Source: Heptranchias perlo (lineage: Eukaryota). From it: DNA of 64,000 nucleotides. Positions 25,758 to 36,845 of the stretch are shown here, piece after piece; within the stretch, counting starts at the first letter, position 1; each line of letters opens with the position of its first letter. Location of the stretch: positions 6,076,001 through 6,140,000 of the forward strand of contig NC_090348.1 of the NCBI RefSeq assembly GCF_035084215.1, given 5' to 3'. The notes beneath the pieces were generated by a model. The model was given only the letters and a program-made list of their open reading frames with translations. It had not been told where the DNA came from and did no database searches. The translations under genes and the position numbers were made by a program.

Positions 25758-25893
25758 GCCCAGTTTCCTTGCTCACTATGTGGACTAATAGAATCAATAC
25801 AGCAAATTCAAGGAAGCATCAGGAATTTGCTGGTCGTTTGAGTTCTGTTAACAACAAAGCTGAGTTGTACCAGCATCTTAAGGAAGAAAATGG
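25758..25893 (+). CDS. INTS13: INTS13 coding exon: PVSLLTMWTNRINTANSRKHQEFAGRL...HLKEEN(G)
   Basis: ccag|GC acceptor, GG|gtcagt donor, 136 nt, phase 1 to 2; conserved INTS13 C-terminal motif. Confidence 0.95.
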
Positions 25894-26191
25894 GTCAGTA
25901 GTCTTCTCGAGTTTTTGTATATCCCTGCATATGCTTAGTAAGTCTAGGCTATTCATTGCACTGTAATGGCATGGTAAAAAGTTAGATAAAAGCCAGTTAT
26001 TTTCTTTCAAGACTGGTTTTAAAAATTAATCTTGTTTTGATTCATGTTACTGTAATTATATGTAATATTTGTAAGACAGATCTTTGTAGTTCTAATATTT
26101 GTAAGATGTTTGTAGTACAGTAATACTAGTAAGACATTACTTTGTAGTACAGAGTCTCTATATTGGCAAATTGTCTTTTTGTGTGTTATAG

Positions 26192-26231
26192 AATGGATAC
26201 ACATGAAAACGGTAAAGCCAGCAGACAATAA
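26192..26231 (+). CDS. INTS13: INTS13 terminal coding exon: MDTHENGKASRQ*
   Basis: tatag|A acceptor completes the phase-2 Gly codon; ENGKASRQ* matches the recalled human C-terminus; TAA at 26229-26231. Confidence 0.93.
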
Positions 26232-26515
26232 AGAGAAGCTTCAACGCAAGATGTTTCAGAAGCTCCTGGTCAGCTGTAATGCTGTTTGTAAATTAATAAT
26301 TCCCACAAAAGATCTGAGATGTTTTAAGGAATTCAACCTCAGTCTCTCAAAATGCTGCTGTTGAAATGACTTGCAACAAATTGTACAAAGATTACAAGTT
26401 TGTGCTGTGTACGAAGATCAAGAAGAATTTTACTCTTTGTTAAAGTTGGCATTTTCTACTACAAAATACATTGACAATTTTAGACAATATTTACATAAAG
26501 CTTACATTGTTCAAA

Positions 26516-26521
26516 AATAAA
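26516..26521 (+). promoter_or_regulatory. Candidate polyadenylation signal (AATAAA) of INTS13
   Basis: AATAAA about 285 nt after the stop codon in an AT-rich 3' UTR. Confidence 0.55.
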
Positions 26522-26990
26522 AGTTATGTCTCTACACAAATTTCAGTGCTCTACTTATTAAAAATGTTATTCCTGAGTGCTCTAGACACATCCACACAAC
26601 TTATCACGGAATATGGTTCACTGTTCTAATGTATCTAATTTTACCGCTTTGTTATATAAAGTCAGTCAGCCCACCTTTTGTTTCCATTTGTTCTTGGGAT
26701 ATGGTTTGTGCATTTATTGCCCACCTTAGTTGCACTGAGAAGGTGATTTGCAAATTGAGTGACTTGCAGGGCCACATTAGAGGGCATTTATTGTCAACTA
26801 CATTGGTACAGGACTGACGTCATGTGAAGGACATTAATTTCTAAGACAATCCGGCAGCTGTCGTGGTCCTCCAACAAATGACTACATTCAGTCTCACTTG
26901 CCATGGTGGGATTTGAACTGGCAACCTCTAGATTGCTAGTCCAATATAACTGCACTGCTGTACCCAGTGCATGTCTGTTTAACACTGATG

Positions 26991-27155
26991 TGGAGATGCA
27001 GGTGATGGACTGGGGTTGACAATTGTAAACAATTTTACAACACCAAGTTATAGTCCAGCAATTTTATTTTAAATTCACTGGAGATGCCGGTGATGGACTG
27101 GGGTTGACTTTCAAATAAAATTGCTGGACTATAACTTGGTGTTGTAAAATTGTTT
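26991..27155. mobile_element. Second copy of the Penelope-like palindromic element, rearranged
   Basis: Same arms as 3876-4095, with the centre replaced by a duplicate of the 5' segment; flanked by a direct repeat aacactgatg. Confidence 0.7.
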
Positions 27156-27588
27156 AACACTGATGATGCTTTTCTGCACTCCTCAGTAGTCTTAGCAGAT
27201 AGCCAATTCTTTAGTTGTCTGCAGGATGTTACCATACAGTCAGTTAGGCTGATTATAAACATGACTGTTGAATTTGTTCTTCGGCAATATGACATAAGAA
27301 TCCTTTGCCTCCAATACAGACCCACAGAGGAACGGATCAGTGAATCAGCAGTAATTTTACACCATTTAGTATGTGAGCATTCATTGACCTTTTGGCTTGT
27401 GGTACAAGTTTGTTTTATGTGAAAGCCCATGCCTTCTGCCCTAGCAGTGCACGTTTAAGATTCACTTTGTAAATATGTTTGTCTTCTATCCTGATAGATA
27501 ACGCATTTGGCAGTTTCGAAATAATTTAAAGCTCATATAACAAAATAAATCAGATTTTATCAATGTGCATTTTTTGAGGAGGCAGTGG

Positions 27589-28724
27589 TTATTTTTTGGA
27601 TTGCAGCTCATAAGGAGGAGGGAGTTGATATTTTGGTGGCTCGGATTGTAAATTAGGCAGCCTGATGCGGGATGGTGTATTGTGTTGTATGTTACTGGGT
27701 GTTAAGTCTGCTCTGTGCAGTTGATGAGGAAGTTTTACCCACAGCTGCGATGGCGGGGGCACCTCAGGAATGAACATGGGTGGCTTTCTCGGTCTTAGTG
27801 CGTGCATCTCTAAGTGGTGACTACGTGCAGTTGGTCGGTTTTCTTGAAAGCTCAGTACTTCAGAGGGGAGGATCTTTTCTGAGTATCTGCAGAAGCAATA
27901 GATCGTAACTAATAAGGCAATTAGAAGAATAAGAAGCAACACTGTGAGAATGGTAGGCCAGATGGTCGTCAGCAAGTAAGAGCTGTGAGATTGAATGATC
28001 GTAGTACTCAGATCTGCTGTGGGCATTGTAGACAGGCAGGCTCCACCATAAGTGACATTCTCAACTGTTTGAATTCGGTACTCTGGTAACATCGTCTCAA
28101 CAAAAGATGGATGTGCACGGCCATCTGGCAAACGGATTAGTTTGAACAACTTTTCAATAGTACTCGTTGGACATTCCTTTAAAACGCCTTTGCTTGCTGA
28201 ACACAAGGAATTGTTGTACCACGATACTAGTGTGGAACCTGGTTTTATGGAGAAGAGGACAATGTCCTCACTGCTCGAGTCATTCAGATACTTAGCAAGT
28301 TTTTCTAGGAAGTAGACCACTCTTCCTCTATCTCGAAGAAAAGAATTGTAACTGTTTTTTGTTCTGACTGTGTACAAGTGGCAGGGCGTGTAATGTGATA
28401 GCCGGAGTTCAATCACAAAACCTTCTTGAACAACAAGTCCACCTGAATCAGTAGCAGTCAAGACAAATTCTTGTGGTGAGTATTGATAGTCTGTCTCCAG
28501 TGGATACCCAAACAGAGTTTTCCGCGATTGATTAAATCTCACCCAAGACTCTTTTCCTGAAGGGGATCCATCGACTGAAGCTACTGTCAGAGTTAAGTTT
28601 CTGGCATTTCCGTCTTCTTGATCAAAAAATGTGTGTGCAGGTACAGAATAATGAAATCTTTGTCCTACAGTTGCCAAGATGAATTCAATTGGGTTGATTA
28701 CAATTGGAGACTTGTTGGCCTGCC
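27589..28724 (-). CDS. Dystroglycan-like gene, terminal coding exon 5: second cadherin-like domain, SEA module (G|S), TM helix, cytoplasmic tail ending PPKYQLPPPYELQSKK*
   Basis: tttag|GG acceptor, phase 1; TFFDQED, SWVRFN, ATDSGGL, IKPG|STLVSWYNNSL, CP...GAC, TM helix and PPPY all parallel the DAG1 alpha C-terminus and beta subunit. Confidence 0.93.
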
Positions 28725-28984
28725 CTAAAGGACAGTGCAAAAAAAAATAAAATGTGATTAGTATTGCAAATACCGTTCCGTAATTAACAATTATCACTAT
28801 TTCCATTTATTGTGCCACAGATTATTAGCTAGTCCCTGAAACTGACTACACCACTCCTGATCTTAGCTGAGAAACTGAAGGGAAGCCCAGTGGTTTCCAG
28901 CGCAGGGAGGATGGTAAAATCTGAGACTTTCAGTGCCATTATATGCCAATTTTGTATCAGTGCCAAGTCATGTCTGGTGTAATA

Positions 28985-29330
28985 AAACAGAAAATGATGG
29001 AAATACTTAGCAAGTTAAGCAGTATCTGAAGAAAGAAACAGTTAGTGTTTCAGGTCGAAGACCTTTCGTCAGAACTGGAAGATGTTAGAGTTAACAGTTT
29101 TTAAGCAAGTACACAGCCAGGGAAGAGGAGGAGAGGAAAGAACAAAAGGGAAGTCTGTGATGGGATGGAGGGCAGGAGTGATTAAATGATGATAAAAGAG
29201 TGATGAGCGGTCTTCGACCTGAAACGTTAACTCTGTTTCTTTCTCCACAGATGCTGCCTGACTTGCTGAGAATTTCCAGCATTTTCTGTTTTTATTTCAG
29301 ATTTCCAGCATCCACAGTATTTTGCTTTTG
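28985..29330. mobile_element. Penelope-derived inverted-repeat element (second family) with hammerhead-like cores
   Basis: aaaacagaaaatg.tggaaa...gtttcaggtcgaagacc is mirrored by ggtcttcgacctgaaac...tttccagcattttctgtttt. Confidence 0.6.
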
Positions 29331-30512
29331 ATTTAGTGTATGTTGACGCAAGAGTGGAAGTGTAACTCGAGGAAGGCAATCTGACTCCAGTGTGTTGAAA
29401 CTAGAAGCTGCAAGGCCACGTTTAGCAGATAATCTCCTACCAGCTGGGCTTTACACCAGGTGTAGAATCACTCCAGCCAAGAGCAAAGCATTTGAAATTA
29501 ACCAACTGGGAGGCGAGCATTGGCAGTACATTTGCTGTGCACGGGTAGGAGCAACCGGCAGCATAGCCTGGGTCTGCCACCTGTGAACCTCAATGTACAG
29601 ATCGTAAACCATTATCTGTAACACCACAATTAGTCACACTCAGTTGGTCTCTTACAAATCCTTGAAATCAACTCAAGAGCAGTATTAATGGAAACCTGGG
29701 AGCATGTTTGTGTCTGCCTATTGGCTGGAGAATAGTGTAGGGTGTGAGGGGAGGAAGGGACAAGTAAAAGAGCAAAAAGAATGGCTAATCAGTAATAGAA
29801 AGTGACCGGGCAAAATATGGTATCGTTCCAGCCATTAATTGCATGTACTGTTGCCTCCATATGAACTATAACTTTGTGCTGGCAGTTTTTCTCTACGTTA
29901 CGATGACAGATGTTTCCAAGGAAACAGCTACTTGCATCAGGGAAGAAAATGGTAAGAACTGGAAAGAATATCTGTTTTATTAAATATCTGTGGCATTGAT
30001 CATGCTGAATCAGGGGATGTGCTGTTTTGAATTGGGGTATACAAAGTACGGACATCTTTGTGGGCGAGGGAACCTGAAGACAACAACTCTGGTGGTGTGT
30101 GGGGCCCAGCACGACACAATTGAATGACTGAATGAAGGGATAATGGTGTAAGGTTCTGCACACTGGTTAAAGATATAGTACAGCAATATTGCACTACATC
30201 ACACAGATGTTCACAAGACTTTTAATAATAGTGATGGATTTCACCGTTCGGTACCTGAGACAGCCAGTTCAATTTAGGTTTATGATAAGCCTTCCAAAAT
30301 GCAAAAGGACTTAGAATTCAAGACTCATTATTCCTGAATTATGCAGCAATATTACATAACAGAATAATAGTGTGCAAAAGATTGTGAAGTTATAGCCAAC
30401 TGTAAAAGATAAGATGGAGCATAATGAATCGCATTCATTGCAATGCTGTAAGTTGCATTAAGTAGAGTGATATAAAACTGATGCATGATAAGGTAATTAC
30501 GTTGTACCTTAC

Positions 30513-32531
30513 CATTGTACTCTGAGGCAGGTATTTCAAGGGTAGATGAAATCTTCTTTGTGTCCTTGGGGCTCAGACTTTCAATTATAGTTGTTTGAGA
30601 GGAACTTGGAATCTTCGTGAACGTATCCTGAGAAGTCCAACTTTTGAAGGCATGTGTTTCTTGTATTAATACTGAGTGAACTGGTGCTGTAATTGATTGA
30701 CTTGACCAGTATGTGAATACTAGACTTTCGTCAAAACTAAAAGTAGGGATGCTGAGGCTTGACTGGCTGGGTATTAAGATGTTTAATATGCTGGATACTT
30801 GAAACTGTTCTGTGTGATTGTAACTGTCTTGCCAAATGCCAATCTTGTTGACTGACATTGCATTCATTGAATACTGACTGATTTGATGTGTGTTAGTAGA
30901 GGATATTGTGGAATAGAATAAATGTGACCCAAAGGAATGAAACAAACTTTCAGGTAACGGTATGGTCTGTTGCAAAGATGAGATGAAGTATGACAACTCT
31001 GTAGATACAATATAATGGCTAAAAAATGGCTGTGAAGTGGGATATCTTAAGTCCACCTGGGATGAGAATGATGGCATGAGAGATGGTAGGCTATCATTCT
31101 GTGTCATTAAGGTAGTAATAGGCATTCTTGCATTGTCACTGTATGCCTCAAATACACCAACAGATGTTTTTAGCTCATTGGATGGAACTGAAGAGCTGAA
31201 AGTCTCAGTGAAATTAATTGATGGCAGAATATCTGTAAACGAAGGTGGAAAACTGATGGAATCACCCTGGCTGAACTGATTTTTAACTTGCCTGAATGAC
31301 TGTAAACTGGTAAGAGGATCTTGAACTGTGGACAGAAAAGAAAATTCAGGTAATGGAGAAGTAGGAGACATTGTGAAGGTGGACAGCATAAGATCCTTTC
31401 TGACTGATGAGTAGGATGTAACAGTCACAGAAGACCATACGAGTTTGGTGGCTGAGTGAGAGACCAAGAGTGAATATGGTGTGCGATCCACTGCTGTAAG
31501 AGAAGAAGTGATGAACCTTGAGTGGTGTAATAGTATATGGCCATCGATGGATGAATTTAAAGGATTAATAGAGTCCCGACTAGATTGGTTTTCTTGGAAT
31601 GAGTGTGAATACATGGGAATCATTGAATGGGTAGACAGCACTGGATGTTCTTGAAAAGAAATAGAAGGAACGTGTGATTGTTTGATTGATTGCTTTACAA
31701 TTTCTCCAATTGATAGAGAAGATACAGTTTCAAAAGAGTAAAAGAAAATTGAGGTGAGAATCAACTGATCAGAGATGTATGTGGTAGTGAGAAAGTTAGC
31801 TGTTTGTGTGTCAAAAGAGGACAAAATAACTTTATTAGGATAAGAAAAAGATTGTGACTGAGGATAAAACATAGTGCCTGATTTGACAGAATATAAGGTA
31901 GACTCTGAAAGCTTTCTGTCTGAACTAAGTAACAAAATATTTGTAGCCATTAATTCAGGTTTGATTGTATGTACTGAAATGGGTTCTGATGAGCTTTGTA
32001 AGTGTGCTGGTGTACTTAGTGTGCTAGGTGAGATGGTAAAAATGTTGGGTGCTAATAGATAACTTGTGCCAGTAATTTCCTCGCTGCTGCCATTAAATAA
32101 CAAACTTGTTTGAATATCGCTTATATTGGTAAATGCAAACGGTAGGCTTGGTGACATGTCAATTTTCTGTGTCGCATAAAATAAACTTTTCATGGCTCTT
32201 GAAGCTAGCCCTGTTGACCAAAGTGTACTGTCCATTGAGTGGAAAGACAAGTCGTCTTTGGTTAGCTTTATGCTCGAGGCATCTGTGACCAGCATCCCTG
32301 TAGAAAGTGATTTCTCCACGTTGATATATGTTGTCAACTGGGAAATTGGCATAAGGCTACTTGGTAAAGGTGAAGCATCGGAGAACAGCTGGGTGTGTTC
32401 TGACAAAAGGTGTAAAGGACTGACCAGATTGAGACTTGTTTCAACCTTGGCATCTGATTCAGAACTGTATCTTTTGTCATCCATGGTGGATTTGATGAAA
32501 CCAGTGTTGTCTTCAGTTGCTGTATACATCT
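30513..32531 (-). CDS. Dystroglycan-like gene, coding exon 4: 673-codon Ser/Thr-rich mucin-like exon
   Basis: Polypyrimidine tract then aacag|AG acceptor, G|gtaagg donor, 2019 nt open frame, phase 1-1, consistent with both flanking exons. Confidence 0.82.
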
Positions 32532-33229
32532 CTGTTTTAGGGCAAAATGGAAAAAACAGAACATCTATACTTACTGTACTTTGTTAATGTTAATCTCTTG
32601 AATATAATTTACAAAAAGGTAAAAGCTTTTTTTTTCCTATTCGAAGAAAAGGGATGGCATTTGTAACACATTTCTCAAAGTGAAATACTCTGGTGCGCAG
32701 GTTCTGCCATTAGGTAAACCAACCACATGCACGCAGCAAAATCCCTCAAACAGCAATGAGACCAATGAGCAGTTGATCTCTCTTCCAGGAGGAAAGTTGG
32801 CCAGGACACTGGGAGAATTCCCTGGTCTGTGAATAAACTTCAGTGAAATAATGTTCAACACCCCCAATTCCTTATTATTTGTTCAGCTTCCACATACAAA
32901 CAAAAAGGTTGTCAACCTAACAGGTGAAGTCATAGGAATGATATCCCTTTTAAGAATTTATATCCAGCCCATGTTATATGCAAGTCATCATTCCAGATTT
33001 AACCCATTTTTAGTTATCTGAATTGGCAGCAAAGCTACTGTTCTCCATGCCAGGAATAATTTCTTCCAGACTTTACTATTTTAATGTGTTTCTGCTTCAG
33101 TTTTTGTTCAGATTCTCTGGAGTTGAAGCATACTTTATTTGCCGTTCTGTGGTTGATATGTTCAACTCTCTTGCCTCACTTCAAAAGCTGCCACTTGAAT
33201 TTTCCAGTGGCTAATGCATTGCCCCCTAC

Positions 33230-34392
33230 ATATGTGATATACATGGATATTCAACAGGCCTTCAATAAGGTACCGCATAGTAGATTCATGACTAAGGTCA
33301 GGCCATGTGGAGTCGGGACAAGGAGCAGAATGGATAGCAAATTGGCTACAAATCGGAAAATAGAGTAGGAATTAAAGATAGTTACTCAGACTGGCGGAAG
33401 GTGGGAAGTGGTGTTCCACAGAGATAGGTGCTGGGACCGCTGTTGTTCACCGTTTACATAAATGATTTGGACTTTGGAATCGGAAGTACGGTATCAAAAT
33501 TTGCGGATGACACCAAATTGGGGGGTATAGCTAATACTGAGGAAGACAGAAAATACAAGAAGACATTAACAAACTTGCAGAATGGGTGTGTAAATGGCAA
33601 ATGAATTTCAATAGATAAGTGTGAGGTGGTGCATTTTGGTAGGAGGAATAAAGAGGCTGCCTGTTCCTTGGAAAAGAAGAGTAAGTGGAGTAGAGGTGCA
33701 AAGGGGTCGAGGGGTACAGTTTCACAAATCATTAAAAATAGCAACACAGGTTAATAAGGTCATAAGAAAAGCAAACCAAGCACTGGGGTTCATTTTTAGA
33801 GGAATAGAATTCAAAAACAGAAGTTACGTTAAACTTGTATAGAACTTTGGTTAGACCATGTTGAGAGTACTGTTCACAGTTCTGGTCTCCATATTACGAA
33901 AAGGATATAGAAGCACTGGACAATATGCAAAAAAGATTTACAAGGATGATACTAGAACTGAGAGTACAACTATCACGAAAGACTGGGGCTCTTTTCTCTG
34001 GAACAGGGAAGACTGAGAGGTGACCTGATAGGGGTCTTTAAAATTATGAAGGGGTTTGGTAGGGTAGACATAGAGAAGATGTTTCCACTTGTGGGGAATC
34101 CAAAACTAGGGGCCATAAATATAAGATAGTCACTAATAAATCCAGTAAGGAATTCAGGAGCAACTTCTTTACCCAGAGAGTATCACGCTACCACGTGGAG
34201 TAGTTGAGGTGAATAGCATAGATGTATTTAAAGGGAAGCTGGATAAGTACATGAGGGAGAAAGGTCTAGAAGGTTTCTGCTGATCAGGTTAGATGAAGTA
34301 AGATGGGAGAAGGCTCGTGTGGAGCATAAACACCAGCATAGAACTGTTGGGCCAAATGGCCTGTTTCTGTGCTGTAAAATTCTATGTAATTT
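33230..34392 (+). mobile_element. Decayed 5'-truncated CR1 LINE
   Basis: VIYMDIQQAFNKVPH and KFADDTKLGG motifs; tail ttctatg repeats. Confidence 0.85.
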
Positions 34393-34844
34393 TCTATAGT
34401 GTACCAGTTGTTTGTTAGTTCTTGAACTGCCACAGCAAGAACATGGGAGTGTTCCAGATCAGACAGAAAATTAATTTGAGTTTTGCAGCATGTCCTTGGA
34501 CACTGCCAAATAGCATCGTGCTGCTTATGGCTCTCGAGCTCATGGTTATATCAAATGCAAAGACTATAAAGGAGACCATTTGTACTTGAACCCTCCTGCA
34601 CAAAAGTTCAAGAAGTAAATGCTGTTTTGCCAGGAAGCAGTAGGGTGTGGCCATTGCCGTAAGCTGATAGACTTGATGAATGTTCAAGGCAAGTTACCTT
34701 TACAGCCTCCTCCACAGTTTCTTACATTAACAAGACTCAGGCTCGTGCATGAATTCAACCAAACACCACTGAGTGGACAGACAGGCTTGAGATTCAAAGA
34801 GTGTAGTTGGGACTGGCCTGCTAGGGCCTAATCCACGAATATTA

Positions 34845-35172
34845 GAGTCATAGAGTTATATAGCACGGATAGAGGCCCTTCGGCCCATCGTGTCCGCGCC
34901 GGCCATCGAGCCCTGTCTACTCTAATCCCATATTCCAGCATTTGGTCCGTAGCCTTGTATGCTATGGCATTTCAAGTGCTCATCCAAATGCTTCTTGAAT
35001 GTTGTGAGGGTTCCTGCCTCCACAACCCTTTCAGGCAGTGAGTTCCAGACTCCAACCACCCTCTGGGTGAAAAAGTTCTTTCTCAAATCCCCTCTAAACC
35101 TCCCGCCTTTTACCTTGAATCTATGTCCCCTTGTTATAGAACCCACAACGAAGGGAAAAAGCTCCTTAGTAT
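34845..35172 (-). mobile_element. CR1 3' fragment
   Basis: TRGHRFKVKGGRFRGDLRKNFFTQRVVGVWNSLP...GPNAGIWD*. Confidence 0.88.
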
Positions 35173-36845
35173 CCAGTGAGGCTTTCTTCTGACCATATCA
35201 ACTTGCTCCTGATCTCTATGCAAGGGTGCAATGCAGATTTGGACCCAGACAATCGATTCTCTTCAACACCTCATACATAGTAATGCAGAATGGAAGTGGT
35301 ATCCCCTGTGCTCTTTCCATCAATATCAGCTTAATTGATGGATTCTTATACTGTTATCCAGTCTATCACCTATTATTTGGAAATGGGTTGACTTAATAGT
35401 TTTGTTAGAAAATGAAAACTAACTGCCCCCTGGACAAGTGGATGCCCTGTCTATGGAAAAGCAAGGTTCTAGAAATATAAATGGAGAGACTGTGATGGCG
35501 GATAAAATTTTAAGTACCATACTTTCTTGGGTAAGTGAAACTTAATTTTGGACAAATACTTTGGATATGGCCTTATGATTGCTCCATACAAGCATTAATT
35601 GTGATGGATTTATCCACTGCATCAAGGTTATTTACATAACGTACTCAGGAAAAACAAGTATGTAATCTTCAAAATTGGCAATTTAATATCACAAAAGACC
35701 ATGCCAACTTTCAAGACTACGTACTTAAAAACAAACGGACAGGAGTAGGCCATTCAGCCCCTCAAGCCTGTTCTGCCATTCAGTTAAATCATGTACCTCA
35801 ATCCCGTTTACCTGCCTTCACTCCATACCCCTTGATACCCATACCTAACAACAATCTATCGATCTCAGTCTTGAAAATTTCAATTGATTCAGCAGCCACA
35901 GCCTTTTGAGGGAGTGAGTTTCCACTACCCTTTGTGTGAAAAAGTGCTTCTTGATTAAACTGAGGATAATGCGCATTATCTGACAGAATAACCTTGATTA
36001 CATCTTCCCCGCTGACAAAAACCCAACTATTGATTTAAAACTGAAACTTTCACAACCACATACAGAAGATGGAGGGCTAGATATAATACAACTGCTCTTA
36101 CAACAGCCATTTTCTGGCTTGGAAGAATCTACTGATCCGAGGCTTCCTTCAGAGTTGAACTCTGGAAAGTATTTTGTTAACATCTTGAAAGCCTAATGCC
36201 AAATTGTTGACATTGGGTTTTAATCTCGGGGATACATTTTTACCAAGATGGATCTATAACTCCGATAAATTTCCAATGATAATGTTTCAATTACTTTATT
36301 CAAAAAGGAAACAAACCTGTTAAACCTACCGGCCATTAGGGGTTTTCTTGAGAATAGGTGGTGGCCGTATTATCTAGTATTGATTGTATTTAAGGCTGCG
36401 ACATTCTTTTGACGGCACTGACAAGATTTGAAACCAGCACTGTTTTGCTCTTGCAATATTTTTCTTTGCAATGCTTCACTGCATATGCTTGGTGTTTTCT
36501 TCTGTACTCTCCCTCAAAAGAAAATGGTATGCTTCCAGAGCAAGGCAGTACGGATAGAAGTTCACATGACTGGCACGTAAACTCTTAATGGGACAGCGGT
36601 TTCTGATAACGTGCCAGGCATTGAGACCCAAGTTTCAAATCCCAGCCTATTACCGACATTTCCTCAGAGGAAAGTTATCCATCGCATGGAGGTGGACATA
36701 CCATCCAGCTCTCTGTCAGCAAGGACTGTCAAAGGGAATGAGGGGAAAAACCGACCCAGCACTGGCTGTTGGTTGAATAAGGAATAGCATCAATTGTGTT
36801 TGTGGAGATGGGTCAAACTGGATTGCCAGATATGGCAGGCGCGAG

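Noticed and set aside
29789-30260. ORFs in intron 4 as a possible additional exon
   Set aside because: No phase-compatible splice pair found and no dystroglycan or mucin character; exons 4 and 5 already join in frame.
30352-30512. ORF-track extensions beyond splice sites (for example the end of the 725-aa ORF and the start of the 405-aa ORF at 28725-28806)
   Set aside because: Intronic read-through past strong donor or acceptor sites; the hydrophobic 'signal-like' start of the 405-aa ORF is the translated polypyrimidine tract.
35990-36196. Segment open on both strands in intron 3 of the dystroglycan-like gene (possible extra exon)
   Set aside because: Read in the phase 1 required after exon 3, the nearest acceptor hits a TGA within about 12 codons; no recognisable homology.
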